Counted from the first letter of the stretch, positions 10,690-22,961 are shown. The stretch: 64,000 nt of DNA from Ranitomeya imitator (GCF_032444005.1 NC_091285.1:666128001-666192000); one strand, 5' to 3'. The notes: generated by a model not told the origin, from the letters alone. Program-made: numbers and translations.

Positions 10690-13610
10690 TACATCATTGC
10701 ATCACTTCTTCCTCATTCGGCTTTCTATATAGCTCCATCACTTCCTCCCTATTCCGCTCCATCACTTCCTCCCCATTCTGCTCTCTATATCGCTCCATCA
10801 CTTCCTCCCCAGTCCACTCTCTATATCGCTCCATCACTTCCTCCTCATTATGCTCTGTATATCGCTCCATCACTTCCTCCTCATTCCACTCTCTATATCG
10901 CTCCATCACTTCCTCCTCATTCCGCTCTCTATATCGCTCCATCACTTCCTCCTCATTCCGCTCTCTATATCGCTCCAACACTTCCTCCTCATTCCGCTCT
11001 CTATATCGCTCCAACACTTCCTCCTCATTCCGCTCTCTATATCGCTCCATCACTTCCTCCTCATTCCGCTCTCTATATCGCTCCATCACTTCCTCCTCAT
11101 TCCGCTCTCTATATCGCTCCAACACTTCCTCCCCATTCCGCTCTCTATATCGCTCCAACACTTCCTCCCCATTCCGCTCTCTATATCGCTCCATCACTTC
11201 CTCCCCATTCCGCTCTCTATATCGCTCCATCACTTCCTCCCCATTCCGCTCTCTATATCGCTCCATCACTTCCTCCCCATTCCGCTCTCTATATCGCTCC
11301 ATCACTTCCTCCCCATTCCGCTCTCTATATCGCTCCATCACTTCCTCCCCATTCCGCTCTCTATATCGCTCCATCACTTCCTCCCCATTCCGCTCTCTAT
11401 ATCGCTCCATCACTTCCTCCTCATTCCGCTCTCTATATCGCTCCATCACTTCCTCCTCATTCCGCTCTCTATATCGCTCCAACACTTCCTCCTCATTCCG
11501 CTCTCTATATCGCTCCATCACTTCCTCCCCATTCCGCTCTCTATATCGCTCCATCACTTCCTCCCCATTCCGCTCTCTATATCGCTCCATCACTTCCTCC
11601 CCATTCCGCTCTCTATATCGCTCCATCACTTCCTCCCCATTCCGCTCTCTATATCGCTCCATCACTTCCTCCCCATTCCGCTCTCTATATCGCTCCATCA
11701 CTTCCTCCCCATTCCGCTCTCTATATCGCTCCATCACTTCCTCCCCATTCCGCTCTCTATATCGCTCCATCACTTCCTCCCCATTCCGCTCTCTATATCG
11801 CTCCATCACTTCCTCCCCATTCCGCTCTCTATATCGCTCCATCACTTCCTCCCCATTCCGCTCTCTATATCGCTCCATCACTTCCTCCCCATTCCGCTCT
11901 CTATATCGCTCCATCAGTTCCTCCCCATTCCGCTCTCTATATCGCTCCATCACTTCCTCCCCATTCCGCTCTCTATATCGCTCCATCACTTCCTCCTCAT
12001 TATGCTCTGTATATCGCTCCATCACTTCCTCCTCATTCCACTCTCTATATCGCTCCATCACTTCCTCCCCATTCTGCTCTCTATATCGCTCCATCACTTC
12101 CTCCCCAGTCCGCTCTCTATATCGCTCCATCACTTCCTCCTCATTATGCTCTGTATATCGCTCCATCACTTCCTCCTCATTCCACTCTCTATATCGCTCC
12201 ATCACTTCCTCCTCATTCCGCTCTCTATATCGCTCCATCACTTCCTCCTCATTATGCTCTGTATATCGCTCCATCACTTCCTCCTCATTCCACTCTCTAT
12301 ATCGCTCCATCACTTCCTCCTCATTCCGCTCTCTATATCGCTCCATCACTTCCTCCTCATTCTGCTCTCTATATCGCTCCAACACTTCCTCCTCATTCCG
12401 CTCTCTATATCGCTCCATCACTTCCTCCCCATTCCGCTCTCTATATAGCTCCATCACTTCCTCCCCATTCCGCTCTCTATATCGCTCCATCACTTCCTCC
12501 CCATTCCGCTCTCTATATCGCTCCATCACTTCCTCCCCATTCCGCTCTCTATATCGCTCCATCACTTCCTCCCCATTCCGCTCTCTATATCGCTCCATCA
12601 CTTCCTCCCCATTCCGCTCTCTATATCGCTCCATCACTTCCTCCCCATTCCGCTCTCTATATCGCTCCATCACTTCCTCCCCATTCCGCTCTCTATATCG
12701 CTCCATCACTTCCTCCCCATTCCGCTCTCTATATCGCTCCATCACTTCCTCCCCATTCCGCTCTCTATATCGCTCCATCACTTCCTCCCCATTCCGCTCT
12801 CTATATCGCTCCATCACTTCCTCCCCATTCCGCTCTCTATATCGCTCCATCACTTCCTCCCCATTCCGCTCTCTATATCGCTCCATCACTTCCTCCCCAT
12901 TCCGCTCTCTATATCGCTCCATCACTTCCTCCCCATTCCGCTCTCTATATCGCTCCATCACTTCCTCCCCATTCCGCTCTCTATATCGCTCCATCACTTC
13001 CTCCCCATTCCGCTCTCTATATCGCTCCATCACTTCCTCCCCATTCCGCTCTCTATATCGCTCCATCACTTCCTCCCCATTCCGCTCTCTATATCGCTCC
13101 ATCACTTCCTCCCCATTCCGCTCTCTATATCGCTCCATCACTTCCTCCCCATTCCGCTCTCTATATCGCTCCATCACTTCCTCCCCATTCCGCTCTCTAT
13201 ATCGCTCCATCACTTCCTCCCCATTCCGCTCTCTATATCGCTCCATCACTTCCTCCCCATTCCGCTCTCTATATCGCTCCATCACTTCCTCCCCATTCCG
13301 CTCTCTATATCGCTCCATCACTTCCTCCCCATTCCGCTCTCTATATCGCTCCATCACTTCCTCCCCATTCCGCTCTCTATATCGCTCCATCACTTCCTCC
13401 CCATTCCGCTCTCTATATCGCTCCATCACTTCCTCCCCATTCCGCTCTCTATATCGCTCCATCACTTCCTCCCCATTCCGCTCTCTATATCGCTCCATCA
13501 CTTCCTCCCCATTCCGCTCTCTATATCGCTCCATCACTTCCTCCCCATTCCGCTCTCTATATCGCTCCATCACTTCCTCCCCATTCCGCTCTCTATATCG
13601 CTCCATCACG
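10690..13610. repeat. 36-bp minisatellite, about 80 copies
   Basis: Unit cgctccatcacttcctccccattccgctctctatat. It is near-perfect from about 12430 to 13600, with variant blocks at the 5' side. Confidence 0.98.
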
Positions 13611-14234
13611 TTCTTCTATTTTCCACATTCCTCATACAGTATTCTATTACTTCTTTCCCACTGGCTTCCCATTCACACATACCACCTTATACATCTCTGG
13701 CTTCCATCACTGGCTTCCCATTCACACATACCACCTTATACATCTCTCCAAAACTTTCTTCCCATATCCACTCATGTCCTGTGCCGCTCCATCATTCCCT
13801 ACTTAAACGTATACTTCTCCATCATTGCCTTTTCAGACACATACCTCTCTACACCACTCCACTTCTTTCTCAAATATGTACGGTACCTCTCTACCCCGCT
13901 CTGTCACTTCTTTCTCAGTCACTTACCACTCTACACCACTCAGTCACTTCCTTCTCAGACATACGCGTATACCTCTCCACCCACTCTGTCTCTTTTTCTC
14001 AGACATATACCTCCCTATACCACTCCGTCACTTCTTTCTCAGACATATCTCTCTACACTCCACTCCATCACCTCTTTCTCAGACGTATACCTCCTTACAC
14101 TGCTCCATCTCTTCTTTCTCAGACGTATACCTCTCTACACCGCTCTGTCCCTTTCTGTCAGATGTATACCTCATTCTTGGCCATATACCGCTCTCTCTAA
14201 ACTGCTCCATCTCTCCTCCTCAGACATATACTAC

Positions 14235-17200
14235 CCCAACTCCATCACTTCATTGTCAGATGTATACCTCTCTACCCCAACTCCATCACTTCATTGTCAG
14301 ATGTATACCTCTCTGTATACCGTGCCATCACTTCATTGTCAGATGTATACCGCTCTGTATACCGTGCCATCACTTCATTGTCAGATGTATACCTCTCTAC
14401 CCCACTCCATCACTTCATTGTCAGATGTATACCGCTCTGTATACCGTGCCATCACTTCATTGTTAGATGTATACCTCTCTACCCCACTCCATCACTTCAT
14501 TGTCAGATGTATACCTCTCTACCCCACTCCATCACTTCATTGTCAGATGTATACCTCTCTACCCCAACTCCATCACTTCATTGTCAGATGCATACCTCTC
14601 TACCCCAACTCCATCACTTCATTGTCAGATGTATACCTCTCTGTATACCGTGCCATCACTTCATTGTCAGATGTATACCGCTCTGTATACCGTGCCATCA
14701 CTTCATTGTCAGATGTATACCTCTCTACCCCACTCCATCACTTCATTGTCAGATGTATACCGCTCTGTATACCGTGCCATCACTTCATTGTTAGATGTAT
14801 ACCTCTCTACCCCACTCCATCACTTCATTGTCAGATGTATACCTCTCTACCCCACTCCATCACTTCATTGTCAGATGTATACCTCTCTACCCCAACTCCA
14901 TCACTTCATTGTCAGATGTATACCTCTCTACCCCAACTCCATCACTTCATTGTCAGATGTATACCGCTCTGTATACCGTGCCATCACTTCATTGTCAGAT
15001 GTATACCTCTCTACCCCACTCCATCACTTCATTGTCAGATGTATACCTCTCTACCCCAACTCCATCACTTCATTGTCAGATGCATACCTCTCTACCCCAA
15101 CTCCATCACTTCATTGTCAGATGTATACCTCTCTACCCCAACTCCATCACTTCATTGTCAGATGTATACCGCTCTGTATACCGTGCCATCACTTCATTGT
15201 CAGATGTATACCTCTCTACCCCAACTCCATCACTTCATTGTCAGATGCATACCTCTCTACCCCAACTCCATCACTTCATTGTCAGATGCATACCTCTCTA
15301 CCCCAACTCCATCACTTCATTGTCAGATGTATACCGCTCTGTATACCGTGCCATCACTTCATTGTCAGATGTATACCTCTCTACCCCAACTCCATCACTT
15401 CATTGTCAGATGTATACCGCTCTGTATACCGTGCCATCACTTCATTGTCAGATGTATACCTCTCTACCCCAACTCCATCACTTCATTGTCAGATGTATAC
15501 CGCTCTGTATACCGTGCCATCACTTCATTGTCAGATGTATACCTCTCTACCCCAACTCCATCACTTCATTGTCAGATGCATACCTCTCTACCCCAACTCC
15601 ATCACTTCATTGTCAGATGTATACCTCTCTACCCCAACTCCATCACTTCATTGTCAGATGTATACCTCTCTTTCCCACTCCATCACTTCATTGTCAGATG
15701 TACAGTTAGGTCCATATATATTTGGACAGAGACAACATTTTTCTAATTTTGGCTATAGACATTACCACAATGAATTTTAAACAAAACAATTCTGGTGCAG
15801 TTGAAGTTCAGACTTTCAGATTTCATTTGAGGGTATCCACATTAAAATTGGATGAAGGGTTTAGGAATTTCAGCTCCTTAGCATGTGCCACCCTGTTTTA
15901 AAAGGGACCAAAAGTAATTGGACAGATTCAATAATTTTAAATAAAATATTCATTTTTAGTACTTGGTTGAATACCCTTTGTTGGCAATGACTGCCTGAAG
16001 TCTTGAACTTATGGACATCACCAGACGCTGTGTTTCCTCCTTTTTGATGCTCCGCCAGGCCTTCACTACGGTGGTTTTCAGTTGCTGTTTGTTTGTGGCC
16101 TTTCTGTCTGAAGTTTAGTCTTTAACAAGTGAAATGCTGCTCAATTGGGTTGAGATCAGGTGACTGACTTGGCCATTCAAAAATATTCCACTTCTTTGCT
16201 TTAATAAACTCCTGGGTTGCTTTGGCTTTATGTTTTGGGTCAATGTCCATCTGTAGTATGAAACGGCGACCAATCAGTTTGGCTGCATTTGGCTGGATTT
16301 GAGCACACAGTATGGCGGCTCTGAATACCTCAGAATTAATTGGGCTGCTTCTGTCTTGTGTCACATCATCAATAAACACTAGTGACCCAGTGCCACTGGC
16401 AGCCATGCATGCCCAAGCCATCACACTGCCTCCGCCGTGTTTTACAGATGATGTGGTATGCTTTGGATCATGAGCTGTACCACGCCTTCATCATACTTTT
16501 CTCTTTCTATCATTCTGGTAGAGGTTGATCTTGGCTTCATCTGTCCAAAGAATGTTCTTCCAGAACTGTGCTGGCTTTTTTAGATGTTTTTTTGTAAAGT
16601 CCAGTCTAGCCTTTTTATTCTTGATGCTTATGAGTGGCTTGCACCGTGCAGTGAACCCTCTGTATTTACTTTCATGCAGTCTTCTCTCTATGGTAGATTT
16701 GGATATTGATACGCCGACCTCCTGGAGAGTGTTGGTCACTTGGTCGGCTGTTGTGAAGGGGTTTCTCTTCACCATGGAGATTATTCTGCGTTCATCCACC
16801 ACTGTTGTCTTCCGTGGGCGCCCAGGTCTTTTTGCATTGATGAGTTCACCAGTGCTTTCTTTCTTTCTCAGGATGAACCAAACTGTAGATTTTGCCACTC
16901 CTAATATTGTAGCAATTTCTCGGAAGGGTTTTTTATGTTTTCGCAGCGTAAGGATGGCTTGTTTCACCTGCATGGAGAGCTCCTTTGACAGCATGTTTAC
17001 TTCACAGCAAAACCTTCCAAATGCAAGCACCACACCTCAAATCAACTCCAGGCCTTTTATCTGCTTAATTGAGAATGACATAATGAAGGGATTGCCCACA
17101 CCTGTCCATGAAATAGCCTTGGAGTCAATTGTCCAATTACTTTTGGTCCCTTTAAAAACAGGGTGGCACATGTTAAGGAGCTGAAACTCCTAAACCCTTC

Positions 17201-17585
17201 ATCCAATTTTAATGTGGATACCCTTAAATGAAAGCTGAAAGTCTGATCTTCAACTGCATCTGAATTGTTTTGTTTAAAATTCATTGTGGTAATGTCTATA
17301 ACCAAAATTAGAAAATGTTGTCTCTGTCCAAATATATATGGACCTAACTGTATACCTCTCTACCCCAACTCCATCACTTCATTGTCAGATGTATACCTCT
17401 CTACCCCAACTCCATCACTTCATTGTCAGATGTATACCTCTCTACCCCAACTCCATCACTTCATTGTCAGATGTATACCTCTCTTTCCCACTCCATCACT
17501 TCATTGTCAGATGTATACCTCTCTGTATACCGTGCCATCACTTCATTGTCAGATGTATACTACTCTGTATACCGTGCCATCACTT
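14235..17585. repeat. 41/42-bp minisatellite, split by a Tc1 insertion at 15703-17350
   Basis: Two interleaved units, actccatcacttcattgtcagatgtatacctctctacccca and ccgtgccatcacttcattgtcagatgtataccgctctgtata. The array resumes at 17351. Confidence 0.95.
15703..17350 (-). mobile_element. Tc1/mariner DD34E transposon, full length, transposase frameshifted
   Basis: About 220-bp TIRs (15703-15924 and 17130-17350) starting cagttaggtcc, with a TA duplication on both sides. The transposase is split across 16491-17033 and 16122-16424 and carries WTDE, MDIDPKH and SPDLNPIE with 34-residue D-E spacing. Confidence 0.95.
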
Positions 17586-18430
17586 CCCTCCCATTCCCAC
17601 ACATCTCCAGCTTTGTTTACAATCGTTTCATGACTCCACCATTTCCTCCTCATCGTGCCTTTGACATGACTCCATCACTCCCATCTTTAGCTTTTCCATT
17701 CCCCTCATCCATTCCCTCCTTCTTAGGCTTGTTTCGTTCGTCTCAGACACTTTCTCCCACCGACGATTCTCGTTTCTCGTATGACTCATATTTTCCCCCC
17801 ATAACAATCCCTCTCATGAGAAATCCAGATAAAACACTCAGCCTCATGACAACTTATCTGTAGAGGCTTCGCTTCTCTCCTGGAACACGTGATCTTGTCT
17901 TAGTAACCCCTTTCCATAATAGAAACGATAAAAGAAAAATCTACTAATCTTGTAAACGGAAGAAAAAAAATCCAATATTACTAGGGAGAAGTATCATAGT
18001 TGTGAAAAAAAAAAGGAGTGGAGACCTTTATAGCCACCCATGGTTTAAGATGTTCCTCAAGAATGTTCAGAGAAAATGGTCGCTTGTCCTTCTCCTCATG
18101 TAGTATGTAATAGATGCTACTAGTGAAGACTGTGCTGGGACTTATAGTTCATCTTACACTTCAACCTATACTCGAATGAGGAAACATCTGACAGGAATCA
18201 TTTCCACACATCAGGATGTTAACAAGAAGTGACAATGTCTTCTTCCTACTAATTGAGTTTCGGAGTGTGATAAAAGTAACACCTGTCACCACCCCCTGTC
18301 TCTGCCAGTTGTATGCCATTGGCAATATCTTATCATCCCTACTATATACTGTCACCTACAGCTGTAAATGACCTTCCAGCACTCCGAAGCTTCCCATACA
18401 CTGACCTGCAGGACCAGGCACGGGCCCACA

Positions 18431-18770
18431 CAGTGGCATGTAAAAGTTTGTGCACCCCTGGTCAAAATGACTGTTACTGCTCCTAAGCACGTTGAAGATG
18501 AAATGATCTCTAAAAGGCCTAAAGTAGAGATGACACATTTCCTTTGTATTTTAGCCAAAAAAAACTTTCATTTTTTACATGTTTTTTTTCCTGAAATTCT
18601 GTGCCCTTTGATCATTGTGGCCAAAGAATACTAGTTTAACCTTATCCGTCCACAGGACTTGTTTCCAAAATGCATCAGGCTTGTTTAGATGTTCTTTTGC
18701 ATACTCCTGACGCTGATTGTTATGGTGAGGATCAGGGCTGGCTCCAGGTTTTCTTTGGCCAGGACAGTCC
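18431..18770 (-). mobile_element. Tc1-like transposon remnant
   Basis: Terminus cagtggcatgtaaaagtttgtgcacccctg, and minus-strand transposase peptide EYAKEHLNKPDAFWKQVLWTDKVKLVFFGHNDQR. Confidence 0.75.
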
Positions 18771-19475
18771 TCGCTGATGCACCATCCCCTCTTGTTACAG
18801 TGCACAGTGAGGGCAGACCGCATCTCAAAGCGGCACCAACACCCCCATAGCCAGTATTCTCAGACCTATTATTATCATTATTATTATTTACTAGATGGTG
18901 GCCCGATTCTAACGCATCGGGTATTCTAGAATATGTATGTATATAGCAGCCACGTACTATATAGCACAGGCCACGTAGTATATAGGAGCCATGTAGTATA
19001 TAGCATACAAATAGTATGTGGCCTGTGCTATATACTATGTGGCTGTTATATACATACATACATATTGTAGAATACCTGATGCGTTGTATATAACGCAGCA
19101 TACGCAGTATCTAACAGAAGCAGCCATGTAGTATACAGCAGCCATGTAGTATATAACACTGCCCACGTAGTATATAGCAGCCATGTAGTATATAGTACTG
19201 CCCACGTAGTATATAGCAGCCATGTAGTATACAGTACTGCCCACGTAGTATATAGCAGCCATGTAGTATACAGTACTGTCCACGTAGTATATAGCAGCCA
19301 TGTAGTATATAGTACTGTCCACGTAGTATATAGCAGCCATGTAGTATACAGTACTGTCAAGATTCAAGATTCAAAGAAGCTTTATTGGCAGGACCATATA
19401 CGCATCAGTTTTGCCAAAGCAAGTGTATAAAGGCAATAGGGATAGGGACTGTGGGGGTGTTGGGTAGGAGCTGTA

Positions 19476-19876
19476 GGGGAGGTGGATGGGGCAGATCCAG
19501 GGTGGGGGCTATAGTCCATGGCATAGGGGAGGTGGATGGGGCAGATCCAGGGTGGGGGCTATAGTCCATGGCATAGGGGAGGTGGATGGGGCAGATCCAT
19601 TGTGGGGGCTATAGTCCATGGCATATGGGAGGTGGATGGGGCAGATCCAGGGTGGGGGCTATAGTCCATGGCATAGGGGAGGTGGATGGGGGCAGATCCA
19701 TTGTGGGGGCTATAGTCCATGGCATAGGGAAGGTGGATGGGGGCAGATCCATTGTGGGGGCTATAGTCCATGGCATAGGGGAGGTGGATGGGGGCAGATC
19801 CAGGGTGGGGGCTATAGTCCATGGCATATGGGAGGTGGATGGGGCAGGTCCAGGTTGGGGGCTATAGTCCATGGCA
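19476..19876. repeat. 50-bp G-rich tandem repeat, about 8 copies, in the LINE 3' UTR
   Basis: Unit ggggaggtggatggggcagatccagggtgggggctatagtccatggcata lies directly after the ORF2 stop. Confidence 0.95.
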
Positions 19877-21643
19877 TCATAGTTCTCTTTCTCGCAGTCT
19901 ATGGCATTCGCTCACATACCGCGCTGCTATCTCCACTGCTCTCTCTTCTTCTCCCAGCAGGATATATGTTTTCTCTTCCTCCTTCATGGTGACGAAGTCC
20001 GGGAAGAGATGTGAGAGTCTCCTGAAGTGAGTGTCCCTCACTGCTGAGTATTTGGAGCAGTGTAGCAGGAAGTGGGTTTCGTCCTCTATGGCCTCCTGGT
20101 CACAGTGTTGGCACAGTCTTTCCTCCCTGGGCTTGTAGTTCTGCCTGTGTCGGCCACATTCGATGGCCAGACTGTGGGCACTGAGTCTATATCGGCTCAG
20201 GATCTGGCGGTCTCTGGGGTCCAGGAGTTTCTCCAGATATGGCGCCAGGCTGTAGTCTCTCTGTAGGCTCCGGTACATGGTCAGTTTCTGTGACGTGTTG
20301 ATATCATTCTTCCAGTCACTGACATACCTCTCCTGGCCTTCGGCTACCATCTTCCTGATTCCGGCTTTTGTCAGGTTGTTGTGATTGGTGTTCTGCTCCA
20401 GTTGGGTTTGGCTGGGCTGTTCCGAGGGGTCTGGTTTTTCTGTTTCACCTACATGTATCGGGGCTTTATGGCGATGGGAGCTTGGATTGCTCCTATGCAG
20501 GTGAGCCCGGAATGACAGCGCCCTCTTTAGAACTGTTAGGTGTAGAGGGAATCTGCCCAGCTCGGCCTGACAAGCACTGTTGGAGGTGCTCCGATGGACC
20601 TGGTGAAGGTGCTTGCAGAATTCCAGGTGGAATATTTCTGTTGGACTGGAATCCCACTTTGACCAGTCTGGGTAGGTGTGAGGACCCCAGACTTCGCTGC
20701 CATACAGGAGGATTGGGGCGATGATGGAGTAGAAGATTTTTAGCCAGACCCTCACTGGTGTCTTCAGATGGTAGAGTTTCCTTCGGATGGCATAGAAGGT
20801 TTTGCAGGCCTTGTCTTTCAGGGTCTCTATGGCTTGTTTGAAGCTCCCTGACCGGTGAATCTCTAGGCCCAGGTAGGTATATTTGTCTGTTCCTGTGAGG
20901 TCGCAGTTGTTGAGGACGAATGATGGGTGTTGGTCTGATCTTCTCTTTCTCCTCTGGAACACCATCGTGTTGGTTTTCTTTAGGTTGACTGGTAGAGCCC
21001 AGGTGGAGCTGAATTTCTCTAGGATTTTCAGGTTGTCCTGGAGGCCTTTCTCGGTTGGTGACAGCAGCAGCAGGTCATCTGCATACAGCAGGAATTTCAC
21101 CTGAGCGTCGTGGAGGGTGAGTCCTGGTGCTGAGGAGGATTCCAGGGCGGTAGCCAGCTCGTTGATGTAGAGGTTAAAGACCGTTGGACTTAGGCTGCAG
21201 CCTTGTCTGACTCCGCGGCTCTGCTGGAAATAAGCCGTTCTTTTGCCGTTCACACGCACGCTGCATTGGTTCTCGGTGTAGGAGCTTTTGATGACATCGT
21301 AGGTCTTTCCTCCTATTCCACTCTCCAGCAGTTTCAGGAATAAGCCCGGGTGCCACACTGAATCAAAGGCCTTTTTAAAGTCCACAAAGCAGGCGTATAT
21401 CTTCCCATTCTTTGTATTGTAGACGTGTCTCTGAATGAGGCTGTGCAGAGTATAGATGTGGTCAGTGGTGCGGTGGTTCAGCATGAACCCTGCTTGGCTC
21501 TTGCTGAGGACGTTGTGCTCGGTGAGGAACCTCTTGTTCAGGATACTGTTGAACAGTTTTCCCAGGTTGCTGCTGACACATATGCCTCTGTAGTTGGCTG
21601 GGTCATACCTGTCCCCACTCTTGTGGATGGGTGTGATAAGGCC
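19877..21643 (-). CDS. LINE ORF2 reverse transcriptase with C-terminal CCHC-like domain (5'-truncated, open frame of about 588 codons)
   Basis: Motifs PIHKSG..NYRGI, FVDFKKAFDSVWH, GVRQGCSLSP, YADD and RLCQHC..EDETHFLLHC. The frame stays open upstream of the annotated Met at 21484 up to the truncation point. TGA stop at 19877-19879. Confidence 0.92.
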   Translation of the reverse strand, partial: GLITPIHKSGDRYDPANYRGICVSSNLGKLFNSILNKRFLTEHNVLSKSQAGFMLNHRTTDHIYTLHSLIQRHVYNTKNGKIYACFVDFKKAFDSVWHPGLFLKLLESGIGGKTYDVIKSSYTENQCSVRVNGKRTAYFQQSRGVRQGCSLSPTVFNLYINELATALESSSAPGLTLHDAQVKFLLYADDLLLLSPTEKGLQDNLKILEKFSSTWALPVNLKKTNTMVFQRRKRRSDQHPSFVLNNCDLTGTDKYTYLGLEIHRSGSFKQAIETLKDKACKTFYAIRRKLYHLKTPVRVWLKIFYSIIAPILLYGSEVWGPHTYPDWSKWDSSPTEIFHLEFCKHLHQVHRSTSNSACQAELGRFPLHLTVLKRALSFRAHLHRSNPSSHRHKAPIHVGETEKPDPSEQPSQTQLEQNTNHNNLTKAGIRKMVAEGQERYVSDWKNDINTSQKLTMYRSLQRDYSLAPYLEKLLDPRDRQILSRYRLSAHSLAIECGRHRQNYKPREERLCQHCDQEAIEDETHFLLHCSKYSAVRDTHFRRLSHLFPDFVTMKEEEKTYILLGEEERAVEIAARYVSECHRLREREL

Positions 21644-22961
21644 TAGTATATAGCAGCCATGTAGTATATAGTACTGTCCACGTAGTATATAGCAGCCATG
21701 TAGTATATAGTACTGCCCACGTAGTATATAGCAGCCATGTCGTATATAGTACTACCCACGTAGTATATAGCAGCCATGTAGTATATAGTACTGCCCACGT
21801 ATTATATAGCAGCCATGTAGCCCACGCAGTATTTAGCAGTGTGGGCACATATCCCTGTTGAAAAAAAAAGGATTAAAATAAAAAATAGTTACATACTCAC
21901 CCCCTGGGATCCAACGGCGCTTTGGCGATGGGCGCGCGGCTGCCGCCATCTTCCGTTCCCAGGATGCATTGCGAAATTACCCAGAAGACTTAGCGGTCTC
22001 GCGAGACCGCAAAGTCTTCTGGGTAATTTCGCAATGCATCGCTGGGAACGGAAGATGGCGGCAGGCGCGAGCGGCTCGGCGGACTACGGAGGGTGAGTAT
22101 AGCAGGTTTTTTGTTTTTTTATTATTTTTAACATTACATTTTTTTACTATTGATGCCGCATAGGCAACATCAATAGTAAAAAGTTGGGAACACACAGGGT
22201 TAATAGCGGCGGTAACGGAGTGTATTACCCGCGGCATAACGCGGTCCATTACCGCCGGCAGTAACCCTATGTGAGCGGTGACTGGAGGGGAGTATGCGGG
22301 CGCCGGGCACTGACTGCGGGGAGTAAGGAGCGGCCATTTTCTTCCGGACTGTGCCCGTCGCTGATTGGTCGTGGCTGTTTTGCCGCGACCAATCAGCGAC
22401 TTAGATTCCATGACAGACAGAGGCCGCGACCAATGAATATCCGTGACAGACAGAAAGACAGACAGAAAGACGGAAGTGACCCTTAGACAATTATATAGTA
22501 GATTATTATAGCACCATTTATTCCATGGCGCTTTACCCATGTTACTATAGTGCCGTCTTCTTGCACCCACAGTATTTTTCACTGATAGATTGATTTTCGA
22601 TTGTTTCAGCATATTATTGGCGACTGCATAATTTATTAGGAGGATATTCAGTCGGACCATACATATTGTTTCATTACTCCAGGTGAATACTCTTACATAC
22701 TATTTGATGATTATGCACTGATTGTCTGAGCATACCGCCTTTCTTCCCTAATAGAAACATTAGTCTCTTGAACCGTTATCTTGACACCTTATCCCCTTTT
22801 CTCCTTGTCTTAGGGTACTGGCACGGCACGTCTGAACTTAGGCACGTTATACTATATCCAGCGATACTATTTTATCAAGGAAAAACCATCCGACATCACC
22901 GAATTAGGTCCACAAGGATTTTTTTCACCATAAGTCTTGTAGTATTTGAAATATTGCTTAA

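Larger units (their letters stand above)
19357..21643 (-). mobile_element. 5'-truncated non-LTR retrotransposon, RTE-X-like, inserted in the Helitron
   Basis: RT ORF, then a 3' UTR, AATAAA and a (TTGAATC)n tail at 19357-19386. The clade call rests on the C-terminal C-x2-C...HFLLxC motif and the short tandem tail, and is an inference. Confidence 0.85.
18891..22502 (-). mobile_element. Non-autonomous Helitron with an internal 39-bp tandem repeat
   Basis: The minus strand begins TC (TCTACTATATAA) and ends CTAG. A subterminal hairpin cccgat-N8-atcggg lies at 18902-18921. The element sits in an A|T dinucleotide with no TSD. Internal unit: gtagtatatagtactgcccacgtagtatatagcagccat. Confidence 0.9.
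18867..22536 (-). mobile_element. Short L2 3'-end stub (ATT tail plus hairpin), split by the Helitron
   Basis: Removing 18891-22502 rejoins attattattta|ttattatagcaccatttattccatggcgctttac. This is nearly identical to the L2 3' end at about 1680-1720. Confidence 0.75.

Noticed and set aside
10519-15780. Very long ORFs (1095, 971, 532, 497 and 437 aa)
   Set aside because: They are translations of the 36-bp and 41/42-bp tandem repeats, open in several frames and on both strands, with no domain content or splice context.
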